Below are positions 49,685-63,001 of a DNA stretch of 64,000 nucleotides, piece by piece. The DNA lies in contig NC_086097.1 of assembly GCF_963921235.1 (NCBI RefSeq), positions 251,784,001 through 251,848,000 of the forward strand, written 5' to 3'. Source of the stretch: Mobula hypostoma (Eukaryota). Position 1 is the first letter of the stretch; every line of letters starts with the position of its first letter. Both the position numbers and the translations under genes were made by a program. The notes beneath the pieces were generated by a model that made no database searches, was not told where the DNA came from, and worked only from the letters and a program-made list of their open reading frames with translations.

Positions 49685-52080
49685 AACTGAAGGCATTACA
49701 CAACATCTAGTTCAAAATTGCCTTTCCTCTGGTAGGCTCAATCACAAGCTACTCTAAAAAGCCATCTTGTAGGCATTCTTAAAATTCCCTCTCTTGGGAT
49801 CTAGCACCAACCTGATTTTCCCAATCCACCTGCATATTGAGACATTCAGGAGACCCTTATGTAGGCAAAGGAATGAAAGAAAAATGGAGGGCTATGATGT
49901 TAGATTGATCTTAGAGTATGTTAAGTGGTCAGCACAACATTGTATGTGAAGGATCTGTATTGTGCTGTAATGTTCTATGTTCTTTCATCCAATGACAAGG
50001 AGTGTTTTTATATACGCTCCGTGGCCACTTTATATGTTTTGTCCTGTGCCTGATAATGTGGCCAAACAGTGCATGTTTGTGACTTTCTGCTGCTGTAGCC
50101 CATCCACGTCGAAGTTCAACGTTTGTGCATTCAGAGATGCTATTCTGCACACCACTGTTGTAACGCATGGTTATTTGAGTTACTGCTGCCTTCCTGTCAG
50201 TTTGAACAAGTCTGGCTATTCCTTTTTGCCCGCAGAACCGCTTCTCACTGGATTGTTTTTTCGTTTTTCACACCATTCTCTGTAAACTCTCAAGACAGTT
50301 GTCAGCAGTTCCTGAGATACTCAAACCACCCCATCTGGCACCAACAATATTTCCATGGTCAAAGTCACTTGGATCACATGTCTTCCCCTTTATGATATTT
50401 GGTCCAAACAAGAACTGACCATCTTGACCATGTCTACATACTTTTATGCATTGGGTTGCTGTACCTAATAAAGTGTCCATTGAGCATACAACGGAAAAAT
50501 AATTCACAAAGAGCAGCCTTCTGGTAATTTACCAATCCTTTTGGCTTTTCCTTCTCATCACACCGTTAAAGAACAGAGGCTTTGATGCAGCTGGGCGAAT
50601 GAAGATGAGTTAATCAATCTTAGCCAAAGGCATGTACTGAAGCAAAGTGCACTGTTGAATAAATTCAACATGTAACAGGAGGAACATCCTTCCCTTTCGG
50701 CTCATTATGCTAAACAAGTTTGAGGAATGTCAGTTTACAATCCCAATGGGCACAGGTCCACAGTCTACCTACGTTAAATGTATACGTACAAAATATGCTT
50801 CGACTTTCTTATAATATTAAGAGGCAAGAAATGTTAGTGCTGGCAATTAAAATAGACTGAATGGCATTTTTGTCAGAAGTAGGCGGTCAAAGTTGTTATT
50901 ATAATTTCTAATTTTAACAGTTGTAGGAACTTTCTTCATCCCACAATTGCCTGCATTTTGCCCCCATCCTTCTAAACCTTTCCTGTATACGAATCCGTCC
51001 AAAATGTTTTTATTTAAATATTGCAGATATTTTTAAATATGAACACATACCGCTTGCTCTGGCAGTAAATTCCTTAAGACTGTGAGACATTGGAGCAGAA
51101 TTAGGCCATTCAGCCCAACAAGTCTGCTCTGCCATTCCATCAAGTCGGATATATTATCTCTCTCAACTCCATTTTCCTGCCTTCTCCCTGTACTTTGACA
51201 TGCTGCCCATCAAGAACTTATCGACCTCCATTTAAACATACTCAGTGACTTGGCCTCCACTGCCACCTGTAGCAATGAATTCCACAGATTCACCACTCTC
51301 TGGCTTGAGAAATTCCGCCTCTTCACTGTTCTAAATGGCCTCCCTCTATTCCAAGGCTGTGTTCTCTGGTACTAGACTCACCCACCATAGGAAACGTACT
51401 GGCTGCATCCACTCTGTCTAGGCCTTTCAATATTTGATAAGTTTCAATGAGATTTCCTCCACCCCACCCCCACCACCACCACCATTCTTCTAAACTCCAG
51501 CGAGTACAGGCCCAGAGCCATTAAACACTTCTCATATTTTAACCCTTTACTCCTCCTGAACCTCCTGTTGACCCTCTTCAATATCCATCCACTCAATGCA
51601 TCTTGGCGAGCTTTCGCACACTCGCCTCGCCAAAGCCTCCACATCCTTCTTATAGTGTTCCAATGAAAACTTTATACAGTTCTCCAAAGGTGGCCTAAGT
51701 AAACTCCTTTCTACCATAGGCCTCTATCCCCAGCGGAACTTCCTGATGAACCTCAGGTCACCATGTTCCATGTCTCTGTATTTATTTAGAGATACAGTGT
51801 GAAGAACCCAATGATCCACATCTCCCAGCAACCCACCTATTTAACCTAATCACAAGACAATTTACAGTGACCAATAAGTCTACCATCCACTCCGTCTTTG
51901 TACTGTGCTTGGAAACCCACGCTGTCATGGGTAGAACACACGTACTGTTTACAGTGGATGTTGGGATTTAACTCTAAACTCCAAACTCTGATGCCCCGAG
52001 CTGTAAAAGGGTCACACTGACTGATACGTTACCATGGTGCCCCAGTTAGTTGTTGTTATATGTATGTTCTTTGCAAAGTT

Positions 52081-52153
52081 TACAGTACTGTACCAAAACC
52101 TTAGACACATACTGTATATATAGCTAGGGTGCCCAAGACTTTTACACAGTACT
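52081..52153. mobile_element. Tiny Tc1-like MITE/palindrome (half copy at ~52567-52605)
   Basis: CAGTACTGT.C.AAA..CTTAG.CAC ... GTGCCCAAGACTTTTACACAGTACT. Confidence 0.6.
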
Positions 52154-54324
52154 ACAGTAATTTCATGTACTGCACTGTACTGCTGCCACAGAAAAACAAC
52201 AAATTTCATGACATATGTGAGTGATGATAAACCTAATTCTGATATGGGTCTCTACTGTGTATTGACAGTGGGAAGGAGGCATAGAGAGGGGAATCATGGT
52301 TGTGAAAAAAGGAAGGGAGAGGGGAGGGAGCAGGAAGCACCAGAAGGACATTCTGTATTGATCAGTAAACCAATTGTTTGCGATCAAATGACCTCGCCTG
52401 GTGTCTCAGGGCTGGGTGTGTCTGCACATGTGCCATGTCCTGTCCCTGGCACTCCTTCTCTGCCACCTGTCCCACACCCCTCCCACAGTGCACCAATCTC
52501 GCCATTCCCAACCTCCTTTGCTCTTGCCAGTTTAACAAATTTGCTGTTCACTCCACATTAACAAATACAGTACTGTGCAAAAGTCTTAGGCACCCTAGCT
52601 ATAAATGTAAAGAAGCTCAGTACTGTACACGTTTTATGCTAGCAAATGGTGTTGTGATAATCAATATCATATACTAAATTCACTTCTAAATTATACTTGT
52701 AAGGGATCTTGGGGTTCACGTCCTCAAACTTGCCACACGAGTTGATAGGGTGGCTAACAAGGCATATATGGAGTGTTGGCCTTCATTAGTTGCAGGACAG
52801 AGTTCAAGAGCCACGATGTAATGTTGTAACATGCACAAAATGCTGGAGGAACTCAGCAGGACAAGGAGAATCTATGGAAAAAAGTAAACAGTCGACACTT
52901 CTGGCCAAGAACTTTCATCAGGCCTGGAAGAAAATGCGAGGAGTCAGGGTACGAAGGTGGGGGGAGGTAATTTTGCAGCTCTATTAAACCCTGGTTAGAC
53001 CACACTTGGAGTATTGTGTTCAGTTCTGGTCACCCCATTATAGGAAGGATGTGGAAGCTTTAGAGAGGGTGCAGTGGTGGGTTACCAGGATGGGCTGTTG
53101 GATTAGAGAGCATGGTTCATGAGGAAATTTTGAATAAGCTAGGACTTTTCTCTTTGGTGAGAAGGAGGATGAGAGGTAACCTAATAGAGGTGTACAAGAT
53201 GACAAGAGGTATAGATAGAAAGGACAATCCTTTTCTCAGGGTGGAAATGGCTAATATCAGTGGGATAATTTTAAGATGATTGTAGGAGAGTGTAAATGTT
53301 GATATCAAAGATAATTTATTTCACAGAGAGAGAGATGGGTATGTAGAACACCCTGCCATGAGTGGTGGTAGAGGCAGATACAATAGGAGCAATTAAGACC
53401 ATGAAATATTGGAGCAGAGTTAGCACATCCTGAGGCTGGAGGCCTCTCTCCCTGTGTGGATGGGGAGGGGTGGGGGGGAGAAAGGGGTTTATTTTTTCAT
53501 TGCTGTTGCCTCTATTGTTCTGTTGAACATTGTGGGTATGCTATGTTGGTGCTGGAATGCGTGGCAAAACTTGTGGGCTGCCCCAGGCACATCCTTGGGT
53601 TGTGTTGGTTGTTAATGGAAATGACACATGTCATTGTGTGTTTCAATGTACTTATGATAGATAAAGGATCCTGAATCTGAGAGGGCATAATTTTAAGGAG
53701 AAAAGTATAGGGGAGATGTCAAGAGTAAGTTCTTCACACCGAGAGTGTGGGTGTGTGGAACGCCCTGCCAGTGTGGTGGTGGAGGCAGATACATTAGGGA
53801 TATTTAAGAGACTCTTAGATAGGTACATGGATGATAGGGCTAGGTGGGGGGGGGGGGAAGGATTTGATTGATCTTGGAGTAGGTGAAAAAATTGGTGCAA
53901 TACTGTGAACCAAAGGGCCTGTACTTGCTGTAATGTTCTACGTTCTATGATATATATTCAGTGGCCAATGCTTTCCTTCATAACTTCCTGGATTAGAGGG
54001 CATGTGCTATAATGAGAGGTTGGACAATCTTGTGTTGTTTTCCCTGGAGTGGCGGAATCTTAGGGGAGATCTGATAGAGGTGTATAAAATTTTGAGAAGC
54101 ATGGATAGAGAAGATGGGGAACATCTTTCTTCCCAACGTTGAAATGTCTAATATCAGGGGGCATGCAATTAAGGTGAGAGAGGGTCATTTCAAAGGAAAT
54201 GAAAGGGGCAAGTTGCCAGGGACCTGTTCTTGCTGGAGTTTAGAAGAATGAGCAGTTGGGGGATCTCAATGAAACCAATCAAATATTGAAGGGTCTAGAT
54301 AGAGCGGACGTAGAGAGGACATCT

Positions 54325-57300
54325 CCTATCACGTCCACAGCATTTTGGAGAGGGAGGGAGAGCAGCCAGATGTTGGTACCAATGACATAGGAAGGAAAAG
54401 CAGAGAGGTCCTGAAAAGAAAATTTAGAAAGCTAGGTAGAAAGCTGAGAAGCCGGACCTCCTGGGTCATAATTTCTGGATTGCTGCCTGTGCCACACGCC
54501 AGTGAGAGTAAAAACAGGCAGATAAATGGGTGATTGAGAAGCTGGTGCAGGGGGCAGGGCTTCAAGTCCTTGGGTCATTGGGATCTCTTCTGGGGGAGGT
54601 ATGACCTGTTCAAAAGTGACAGGTTGCACCTGAACCCGAGGGGGACCAATATTCTCGCGGGCAGGTTTGTTAGAGCTGTTGGGGAGGGTTTAAACTAATT
54701 TGACAGGGGGATGGGAACATGGGTGAAGGGACTTGGGATAGGACGGATTGTAAAAAAGTAAACATAGCGTGTAGTCAGATTGTCAGGAAGGGCAGGCAGG
54801 TGATGGGACTTAGTTGCAGCCAGCAGGGTGAGTATCAAAACATTAGGGATGCAAAATCAGAAAGGATAGCAAATACAGTACTCAAGGTGTTGTATCTAAA
54901 TGCACGTAGTATAAGAAATAAGGTTGATGGTCTTGTTTCAATATTACAGAATGCCAGGTAAGATGTTGTGGCCATCAGTGAATTCTGAAAGGTGGCTGAA
55001 GGATGGTTGTAGTTGGGAGCTGAATGTCCAAGGTTACACATTATATTGGAGGGATAGGAAGAGCAGAGGGGATGGTGTGGCTCTACTGGAGAAGAATGGC
55101 ATTAAATCAGTAGAAAGATGTGACATAGGATTGGAAGATGTTGAATCCTTGTGGGTTGAGTTAAGAAACAGCAAGGGTAAAAGGACATTGTTGGCAGTTA
55201 TATACAGGCCTCCCAACAGTGGCTGGGAGGTGAACCACGGGAAATTTCTATTAGGAAATAGAAAAGGCAAGTCAAAAGGGCAATGTTATGGTAGTCGTGG
55301 GAGATTTTGACCTGCAGGTCAATTGGAAAAATCAGGTTGGTAATGGATCTCAAGAGACTGACTTTGTTGAATGCTTATTAGAGCAGTTTGTTGTTGAGCC
55401 TACTAGGGGATCAACTATAGTGGATTGAGTGTTATGTAATGAACTGGAGATGATTAGGCAGCTTAAGGTAAAAGAACCCTTAGGAACCAGTGATCACAAT
55501 ATGATTGAGTTCAACTTGAAATTTGATAGGGAGAAAGTAAAGTCTGATGTAGCAGTATTTCAGTAGATTAAGGGAAATTACAGTGGTCTGAGAGAGGAGC
55601 TGGCCAAAGTGAATTGGAAGGAGCTGCTGGCAGGGATGTTAGCAGGGCAGCAATGGCGTGCATTTCTGGGAAAAATGAGGAAGGTGCAGGACATGTGTAT
55701 TCCAAAAATGAAGAAATATGCAAATGGTAAAATAGTACAACCGTGGCTGACAAGGGAAGTCAAAGCTATTGTAAAAGCAATAGAAAATGCATACAACAAA
55801 GCAAAAATTAGTGGGAAGATAGAGAATTAGGAAGTCTTTAAAAACCTACAGAGAGCAACAAAAAAATCATTAGAGGGGAAAAGATGAAATATGAAAGCAA
55901 GCTAGCAAATAATATCAAAGTGGATAGTAAAAGTTTTTTAAAGTATGTTAAGAATAAAAGAGAAATGAAGTGGATATAGGACCGCTATAAAATGAAGCTG
56001 GAGAAATAATAACGGGGGACAAGGAGATGGCTGATGAACTAAATGAGTATTTTGCATCAGTCTTAATTGTGGAAGACACTAGCAGTATGCCTGATGTTGT
56101 AGTGTGTGAAGGAAGATAAGTGAATGCAGTTAGTGTTACAAGAGAGAAGGTGCTCAAAAAGCTGAAGGACCTAAAGGTACATAAGTCACCTGGACTAGAG
56201 GAACTGCACGCTAGTGTTCTGAAAGAGGTAGCGTTAGAGATTGTGGTGGAATTAGAAATGATCTTTCAAAAATCATTGGATTCTGGCCTGGTGTCAGAGG
56301 ACTGGAAAATTGTAAATGTTACTCCACTCTTTAAGAAAGGAGGAAGGCAGCAGAAAGTAAATTATAGACCTCAGCTTGACCTCAGTGGCTAGGAAGATGT
56401 TGGAGTCAGTGGTTAAGGATGAGGTGGTGGAGTACTTGGTGACACAGGACAAGATAGTACAAAGCCAGCACAGTTTTGTTTAGGGAAAATCCTGCCCGAT
56501 GAACCTGTTGGAATTCCTTGAGGAGATTACAAGTAGGATAGATAAAGGCGATGCAGTGGATGTTGTATATTTTGACTTTCAGAAGATCTTTGACAAGTTT
56601 CCACACATGAGGCTGCTTAACCAAGTTAGGAGCCCATGGTATTACAGGAAAGTTACTAACATGGTTAGAGCATTGGATGATTGGTAGGAGGCAGCGAGCG
56701 GGAATAAAAGGATCCTTTTCTGGTTGGCTGCCAGTGACTAGTGGTGTTCCACAGGGGTCGATGTTGGGACCACTTCTTTTTATGCTGTTTTTAAATGATT
56801 TACTTGATGGAATAGATGGCTTTATTGCCAAGCTTGCCGATAATATGAAGATTGGTGGAGGGGCAGGTAGTGCTGAGGAAACAGGAAGGATGCAGAAAGA
56901 CTTGGACGGATTAGGTGAATGGGCAAGAAAGTGCCAAATGAAATACAATGTTGGAAAATGCATGGTCATGCAGTTTGGTTTTCTAAACAGGGAGAAAATC
57001 CAGGAATCTGAGATGCAGAGGGACTGGGGAGTCCTTGTGCAGAACACTCTAAAGGTTAACTTGCAGATTGAGCTGGTGGTAAGGAAGATGAATGCCATGT
57101 TAGCATTCATTTCAAGAGGTCTAGAATGCAAGAGCAAGGATGAGACGCTGAGGCCTTATAATGCATTAATGAGGCCTCACCTTGAGTATTGTGAACAGTT
57201 TTGGGCCCCTCATCTTAGAAAAAATGTGCTGGCATTGGAGAGGGTCCAGAGGAGGTTTACAAGGATGATTCCAGGAATGAAAGGATTATCATTCCAGGAT

Positions 57301-57730
57301 TCCAGGAATGAAAACGAACATTTGATGGCCCTGGGTCTGTACTCACTGGAATTCAGAAGGATGAGGGGAGATCTCATTTAAACCTTTCCAATGTTGAAAG
57401 GCCGAGAGAGATTGGATGTGGAAAGGATGTTTCCCATGGTTAGAGAGTCTAGGATAAGAGGGCACAGCCTCAGGATAGAGGGTCGCCCTTTCAAAATAGA
57501 AATGATAGCAAGTTTGTGGAATTTTTTCCACATGCAGCTGTGGAGGCCAGGTTGTTGGGTGTATTTAAGACAGACATTGATAGGTTCTTGATTGAATGTG
57601 GTATCAAAAGGGAGAAGGCCAGGAACTGGGGTTGAGGAGGAGAAGAAAAAAGGATCAGTCATGATTGAATAGCGGAGCAGACTCGATGGGCCAGATGGCT
57701 TTGTTCTACTCCTCTGTCTTATGGTCTTAT
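54325..57730 (+). mobile_element. Long decayed CR1 (ORF1 3' half to tail)
   Basis: VGTNDIGRK, IISGLLPVP, YLNARSIRNK, YRPPNS, GVPQGSMLGP; many stops and frameshifts. Confidence 0.93.
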
Positions 57731-58706
57731 GGAGTCTAGGACCAGAGGGCACAGCCTCAGAATACAAGGACATCCTTTTAGAACAGAGATGAGGGAATTT
57801 CTTTAGCTTGAGGTGGTAAATCTCTGAAATTCATTTCCACAGGTGACTATAGAGACCATCAGGTAGATTTAAAGTGAAGGTTGATAGATTGTTGATCAGT
57901 CAGGGAGTCAAAGGTTACGGGAAGAAGGCAGGAGAATGGGGTTGAGAAGGATAATAAATCAGATGCGATGGAATGGTGGATGAGGCTCAATGGGCCAAAT
58001 GGCCTAATTCTGTTCCTATGTTAGATCTTACACCATCCCCAATATTTGGGCAGAATTGTGGAGCAATGTCCAGCCAAACAGCGTTTAGATTGTAGAGGAA
58101 AAACTGGAGGAAAATAAGTAAAAACTAACCAAGCAAGTTAAGTTGGTGGCCATTTTACTTTTAACACTTTCTATGATGTGTTAATGCTTCACTGCAATTT
58201 TGCAGTGATGTATAAAAACAAAAGTTATCAAAAATTAAATCAAAGGTAGGCAAAGGTTTGAAATGTCTAATACAGGAGAGCACGTATTTAAGGTGAGGGG
58301 ATCATTTCGAAGGAGATGTGAGAGGTAGGATTTTTTACACACAGAGTGGTGAGTGCCTGGAATGCGCTGCCTGGGGTGGTGGTAGAGGCAGATACATTGG
58401 GGACTTCAAAAGATTGAAAAAGAGAAAAGAAGAGACGTTTCGACAGGCACATGAATGTGAGGAAAATGGAGGGATATGGACATAGTGTAGACAGAAGGGA
58501 TTAGTTTAGTTGGCCATTTGGTGATTAATCAAAGTGGTCTGGCACAACACAGTGGGCCAAAGGACCTGTTTCTGTGCTGTACTGTTTGAATGTTATATAA
58601 CTAAAGTGCAGTTTTGTTTTACACACAGTGTTGGCTGAAGGGCCTGTTCCTGTGCTGGACTACTCGTATGTTCTGAAACTGAAGTGCTGTTTTGTTTTAC
58701 ACACAG

Positions 58707-58956
58707 TGTTGGCGCAGGATTGTGACACGGGCCTCAATGCAGAGATCTCCTATTTCTCCCAGGCTGCTGAATTTGCCGTCACTCCTCAGGGACTCGTCAG
58801 CCCAAAGCAACCACTGGACTATGAGCAGCCCAACCACATGTATGAATTTGCTGTCACCGCCGTCGACAAAGGCCACCCCCCTCGGACTGGGACAGCATCC
58901 GTCAGGATAAGGATAACCAATGTCAATGACGAAAGCCCTGTGTTTTCACAGAACAT
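58707..58956 (+). CDS. Cadherin gene exon D
   Basis: ttttacacacag|TG acceptor, AT|gtatgt donor; VLAQDCDTGLNAEISYFSQAAEFAVTPQGLVSPKQPLDYEQPNHMYEFAVTAVDKGHPPRTGTASVRIRITNVNDESPVFSQN; phase 1 in, phase 2 out. Confidence 0.95.
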
Positions 58957-59049
58957 GTATGTGAACTTCTGACTGGGGAGCAGGGAAAAAAATCTAAGCT
59001 GGTGGGAAGGGAAATGTACCTCAGTGTTATAATTCACTGGTTAAAGCCT

Positions 59050-59583
59050 ATTTTGAGCCCATTTCTAAGAAAGGATGTGTTGGCATTGGGAGGGAGAAGA
59101 AGTTAATGAAACTCATCTCAGGAATGAAAAGGTGAACGTGTATGAGGAGTATTTGATAGCTCTGGGCCTGTACTCACTGGAGTTTAGAAGAATGAGGGGG
59201 ATCTCATTGAAACATATCAAATATTGAAAGGTCTCAATAGAGTGGATGTGGAGAGGATGTTTCCTGTAACTGAGGAGTCTAGGATCACAGGGCACAGCTC
59301 AGAATTGAGAGACGTCCATTTGGAACAGAGATGAGGAGGGGTTTCTTTTAGCCAGAGAGTTGAGAATCTGTGGAATTCATTGTCATAGACAGCCATGGAG
59401 GTCAAGTCATTGGTATATTTAAAGCAGATTTTGATAGGTTCTTGATTACTAAGGGTATTTTGGGTTACAGGGAGAAGACAAGAGAATGAAATTGAGAGGG
59501 GTATTAAATCAGCTATGATGAAATGGCAGAGCAGACTCAGTGGGCCAAATGGCCTAATTCTGCTCCTATGTCTCATGGTCTTA
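59050..59583 (+). mobile_element. CR1 3' fragment (similar pieces at ~60620-61160 and ~63160-63890)
   Basis: CTGGGCCTGTACTCACTGGAGTTTAGAAGAATGAGG and 3' UTR hairpin. Confidence 0.85.
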
Positions 59584-60234
59584 TAAATAAAAAAGCAGTT
59601 TTACAACCAATTTTCTCTGCTTTGGAGGCGGAGAATTTTGTGTCCCTGAGTGGCATTCTGTGGAAGCTGGAGTCTCGGAGAGTTTGCAATTTAAACTGGA
59701 AGCAATCCAGGAAAAAAATAGCTTTGCCCAGATACTGCTGAGTACCCAGAGGGTTGCTATTCCCAAGTGAATCAGTCAGAACATTCATTCCCGCAACGAA
59801 GCTCAGATGAGACCCCAATTCTCCATGAAATGAATCTTTAAAGTGATCCCGAGTCTCCACTGCGCAGAACATCAGTGTTTAGCCTAATGGTATGTCATGA
59901 GATTTGTTCAATGTTTCAAAAGTAGTGCCCACAAAGGATTACTTTATACATTTAGCATGCTCTTGATGCCCTTCTTTTCCTTTCAATAATTCTGGAGGAT
60001 TTTCCTTCCCTTTTTGTAACTGTTAGTATCGGAAACAGATGTTCTCAGACAGAACACTCTATTCATTGGTAAAGTCGAGGAAACAGAAATCCTATGGTTC
60101 TTAACACCAGCTCAGTGTTTTTTCTGTTGCTCTAGTTTCTTGACGCAGAATTTAGATTAAATTGCACTTATTCTGATAACATTGCCGTATATGATTGATA
60201 TAGAAACAGGATTTTTGGCCCATCCAGTCTGTTT

Positions 60235-60500
60235 AGTCCTCCAAGAGGACCACGACCTTGTAGGGTTTGGAGTCTTCGTGCTCCAATGACCTGACGAGCT
60301 ATGTTGGCTCGAAGGGTAGAAGCCAGACTAAGAGTAGTCCACTGATCCTCCATGTTCAGAGGTTCAGCTCAGGGTTAACAACCTTCACTGGTGAAACAAA
60401 ATTGTTATGGAAACAGCAATGAAGAATCTTTCTACACAAACAGAAATGTAGAGGACCTTCATTACCGCCCCAAATGCCAGTGGCATAATGGGCAGTAAGC
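60235..60500 (+). mobile_element. RTE-type 5'UTR-derived non-autonomous repeat
   Basis: GGACCAC..CCTTGT...CAATGACC...AGCTATG...CCAGACTAAGAGTAGTCCAC resembles Expander/BovB 5' heads (recalled, not searched). Confidence 0.45.
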
Positions 60501-62447
60501 AAGTCTGTTTTGACCATAAGACAAAGGAGCAAAATTAGGCCATTCAGCCCATTGAGAATGTTCCACCATTCCATTATGGCTGATTTATTATTCCTCTCAG
60601 CCCCATTCTCCTGCTTTCATTGGTGAGGCCGAATTTGGAGCATTCTGGTCTGGTCATCTACTCACAGGAAAGATGTCAAGAAGATTAAAAGAGTACTGAG
60701 AAAATTTATAGGGATGTTGCCAGGATATGACAATCTGATTTATTGGGAAAGATTGAATACAGTAGGTTAGGAATTTTTCCCTGCAGTGTGGGAGAATGAG
60801 GGGAGATTTGATAGAGGTGTAAAAAATTATGAGGGGTATAGATAGATAGAATAAATGCAAGCAGGCTTTTTCCACTGAGGTTGGGTGAGGCTAGATCTAG
60901 AGGTCGTGGGTTAAGAGTGAAAGGCGAAATGTTTAAGGGGAACATGACAGGGAACTTTTTCACTCAGAGTGTGGAATGAGCTGTCAGTGGAAGTGGTAGA
61001 TGTGGGTTCAATGGCAACATTTAAGAGAAGTTTGGATAGGTACATTGATGGGAGGGGTATGGAGGGACATGGTCCAGGTACAGGTTACTGGAACTGGACA
61101 GAATAACAGTTCAGCACGGATCAGGTGAGTTGAAAAAATCTGTTTCTATAACTCTATGAGTTGGTAAAAAAGGCATGAAATTTCACCAGCAACCTTGAGT
61201 TGAGCTGTTCTATTGTCTCAGTTGGTAACACTGCTCTGTGCAACAGAGCAGCCATGTTTAAAAACTATCCTAAAACTATCCAAAATCCAGTTTGAAGCAG
61301 TTGAAGGCAACTTCTAGATGATATATAAAATGTTCTGTGGGAGTTTTGTAATCTCCCGGATATTGTGGCCAATGTTTGTCCCAAACCTGCATTGTAGAAA
61401 TCTGTTAGGTTTTGATTATGTTGGATTCTGAGTTTTTGATCCAAGGTTGCTTCAGAAGTCAGGAAAGAAACACGAAACTTGTTGCTTTGCAATCACTTTA
61501 TTAGGCCTCCCACCTACATGAAATTATCCAAACTTCTCTTCAATGTTTAGATTGATAGAACAAAGAGAACAGGAAATGGGAAATCGCAAGAGGCAAGTAC
61601 TTAAGAACAAAGGACAGAAAAAAAGAATAAAGTTAGTGAAGTGAGCTTACGTGTTCAGCTCTTTTTATATCATCGATAAGGAACTTCCTGTTCAAAATTT
61701 GTAGATAGGAGTTATTCAGATAGTGTGATGCCAGAGAACTTTCCAGAATCATGCAAAGATCTGTAACCACTAGGCCACTAGGGGACACACTGAACAATTG
61801 CATATATATACTGTGACCACCAGGGAAGATACTAAGCAGTTACATATGTATAAAAAGTAATATAAAATAAAAGCAGACAATGAATTCTTAAACTGCAAAT
61901 CCAACAGTCTAATTCAACAATTATAATATTACTGGTTATGGGACTTCTATGTGCAAATTGGTAATCAGGTTTCTTACATATTGACTACATTCAGCTTAAC
62001 AGCTTTGAAACGCTTTGGATATCTTGAGGATGTCAACATGCTGGTGTGATTCAATCCAAACATTTAAGAGAAGTTTGGCTAATTACATGGCTAGGAGGGG
62101 TATGGAGGGCTATGGTCTAAGTGCAGGTTGCTGGGACTAGGCAGATTAATAATCTAGCACAGACTAAATGGGCAGAAGCGTCTGTTTGTGTGTTGTAGTG
62201 TTCCATGACTTTGTGACTCCATTTTCTCTTCTCTGTCTGTTTCCTGCAAGTTTTTCTTTTTCCCTGTGAATATAACCCCATAATGTTCTGTACAGTGAAA
62301 GATGAACTCTTCGTCTGCCTCATAGTTGGCCTTGCGCATTGGATGTCTGTCTGTACAGCACCTTCTTTGTAACTGTAACACTCTATTCTTCATTGTTTAG
62401 AAAATCATAAATGCAAGAGATTCTGCAGATGCTGGAAATGCAGAGTA

Positions 62448-62699
62448 CTTGTTTATTTACACAAGCACATCACACTCACTGAGGCATAGTCCCCTGACAG
62501 CAGCTTGCCTTAGTCCAATCTTTCAAGTTGTCCCCAGGTGTAACCCATCTTCAAAGATCCTTCCTCGCCCAGCGATGAGGTCTTTGGAGCTTCTGTTGGT
62601 GTTCCTGTAGCTCTGGGTTTTCACAGGGTGGGGTTGCTAGCCCCTTTGCCCAAACTCCCTCCTTTCACAGCCAGGCTGGGGACCGTCCATGGGAGAGTT
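62448..62699 (-). mobile_element. ~250-bp bipartite RTE-derived retro-insert with a twister-like head
   Basis: Imperfect 14-bp TSD GGAAAT(G/C)CAGAG(T/C)A at 62434-62447 and 62700-62713 inside a Penelope-derived repeat; RTE-like 3' end with a decayed TAAG-like tail. Confidence 0.75.
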
Positions 62700-63001
62700 G
62701 GAAATCCAGAGCAAGACACACAAAATGCTGGAGGAACTCAGCAGGTCAGGCAGCATCTAAGGAAATGAATGAACAGTCAACATTTCTGGCAGGATCACCC
62801 AATGGACACCCATTTCAATTTGATTTCCCATTTCCATTATAACTTGTCAGTCCATGGCCTCCTCTACTGCCAGGACGAGGCTAAACTCAGCTCGGAGGAA
62901 CAACGCTGCATCTTACTGGAACAGACTCGCTCCCGGGGTACTTCATTTCACGTGAGAATAAAGCGCAAATGGATCTAACAGACTCTCTCCACCATTCACA
63001 G

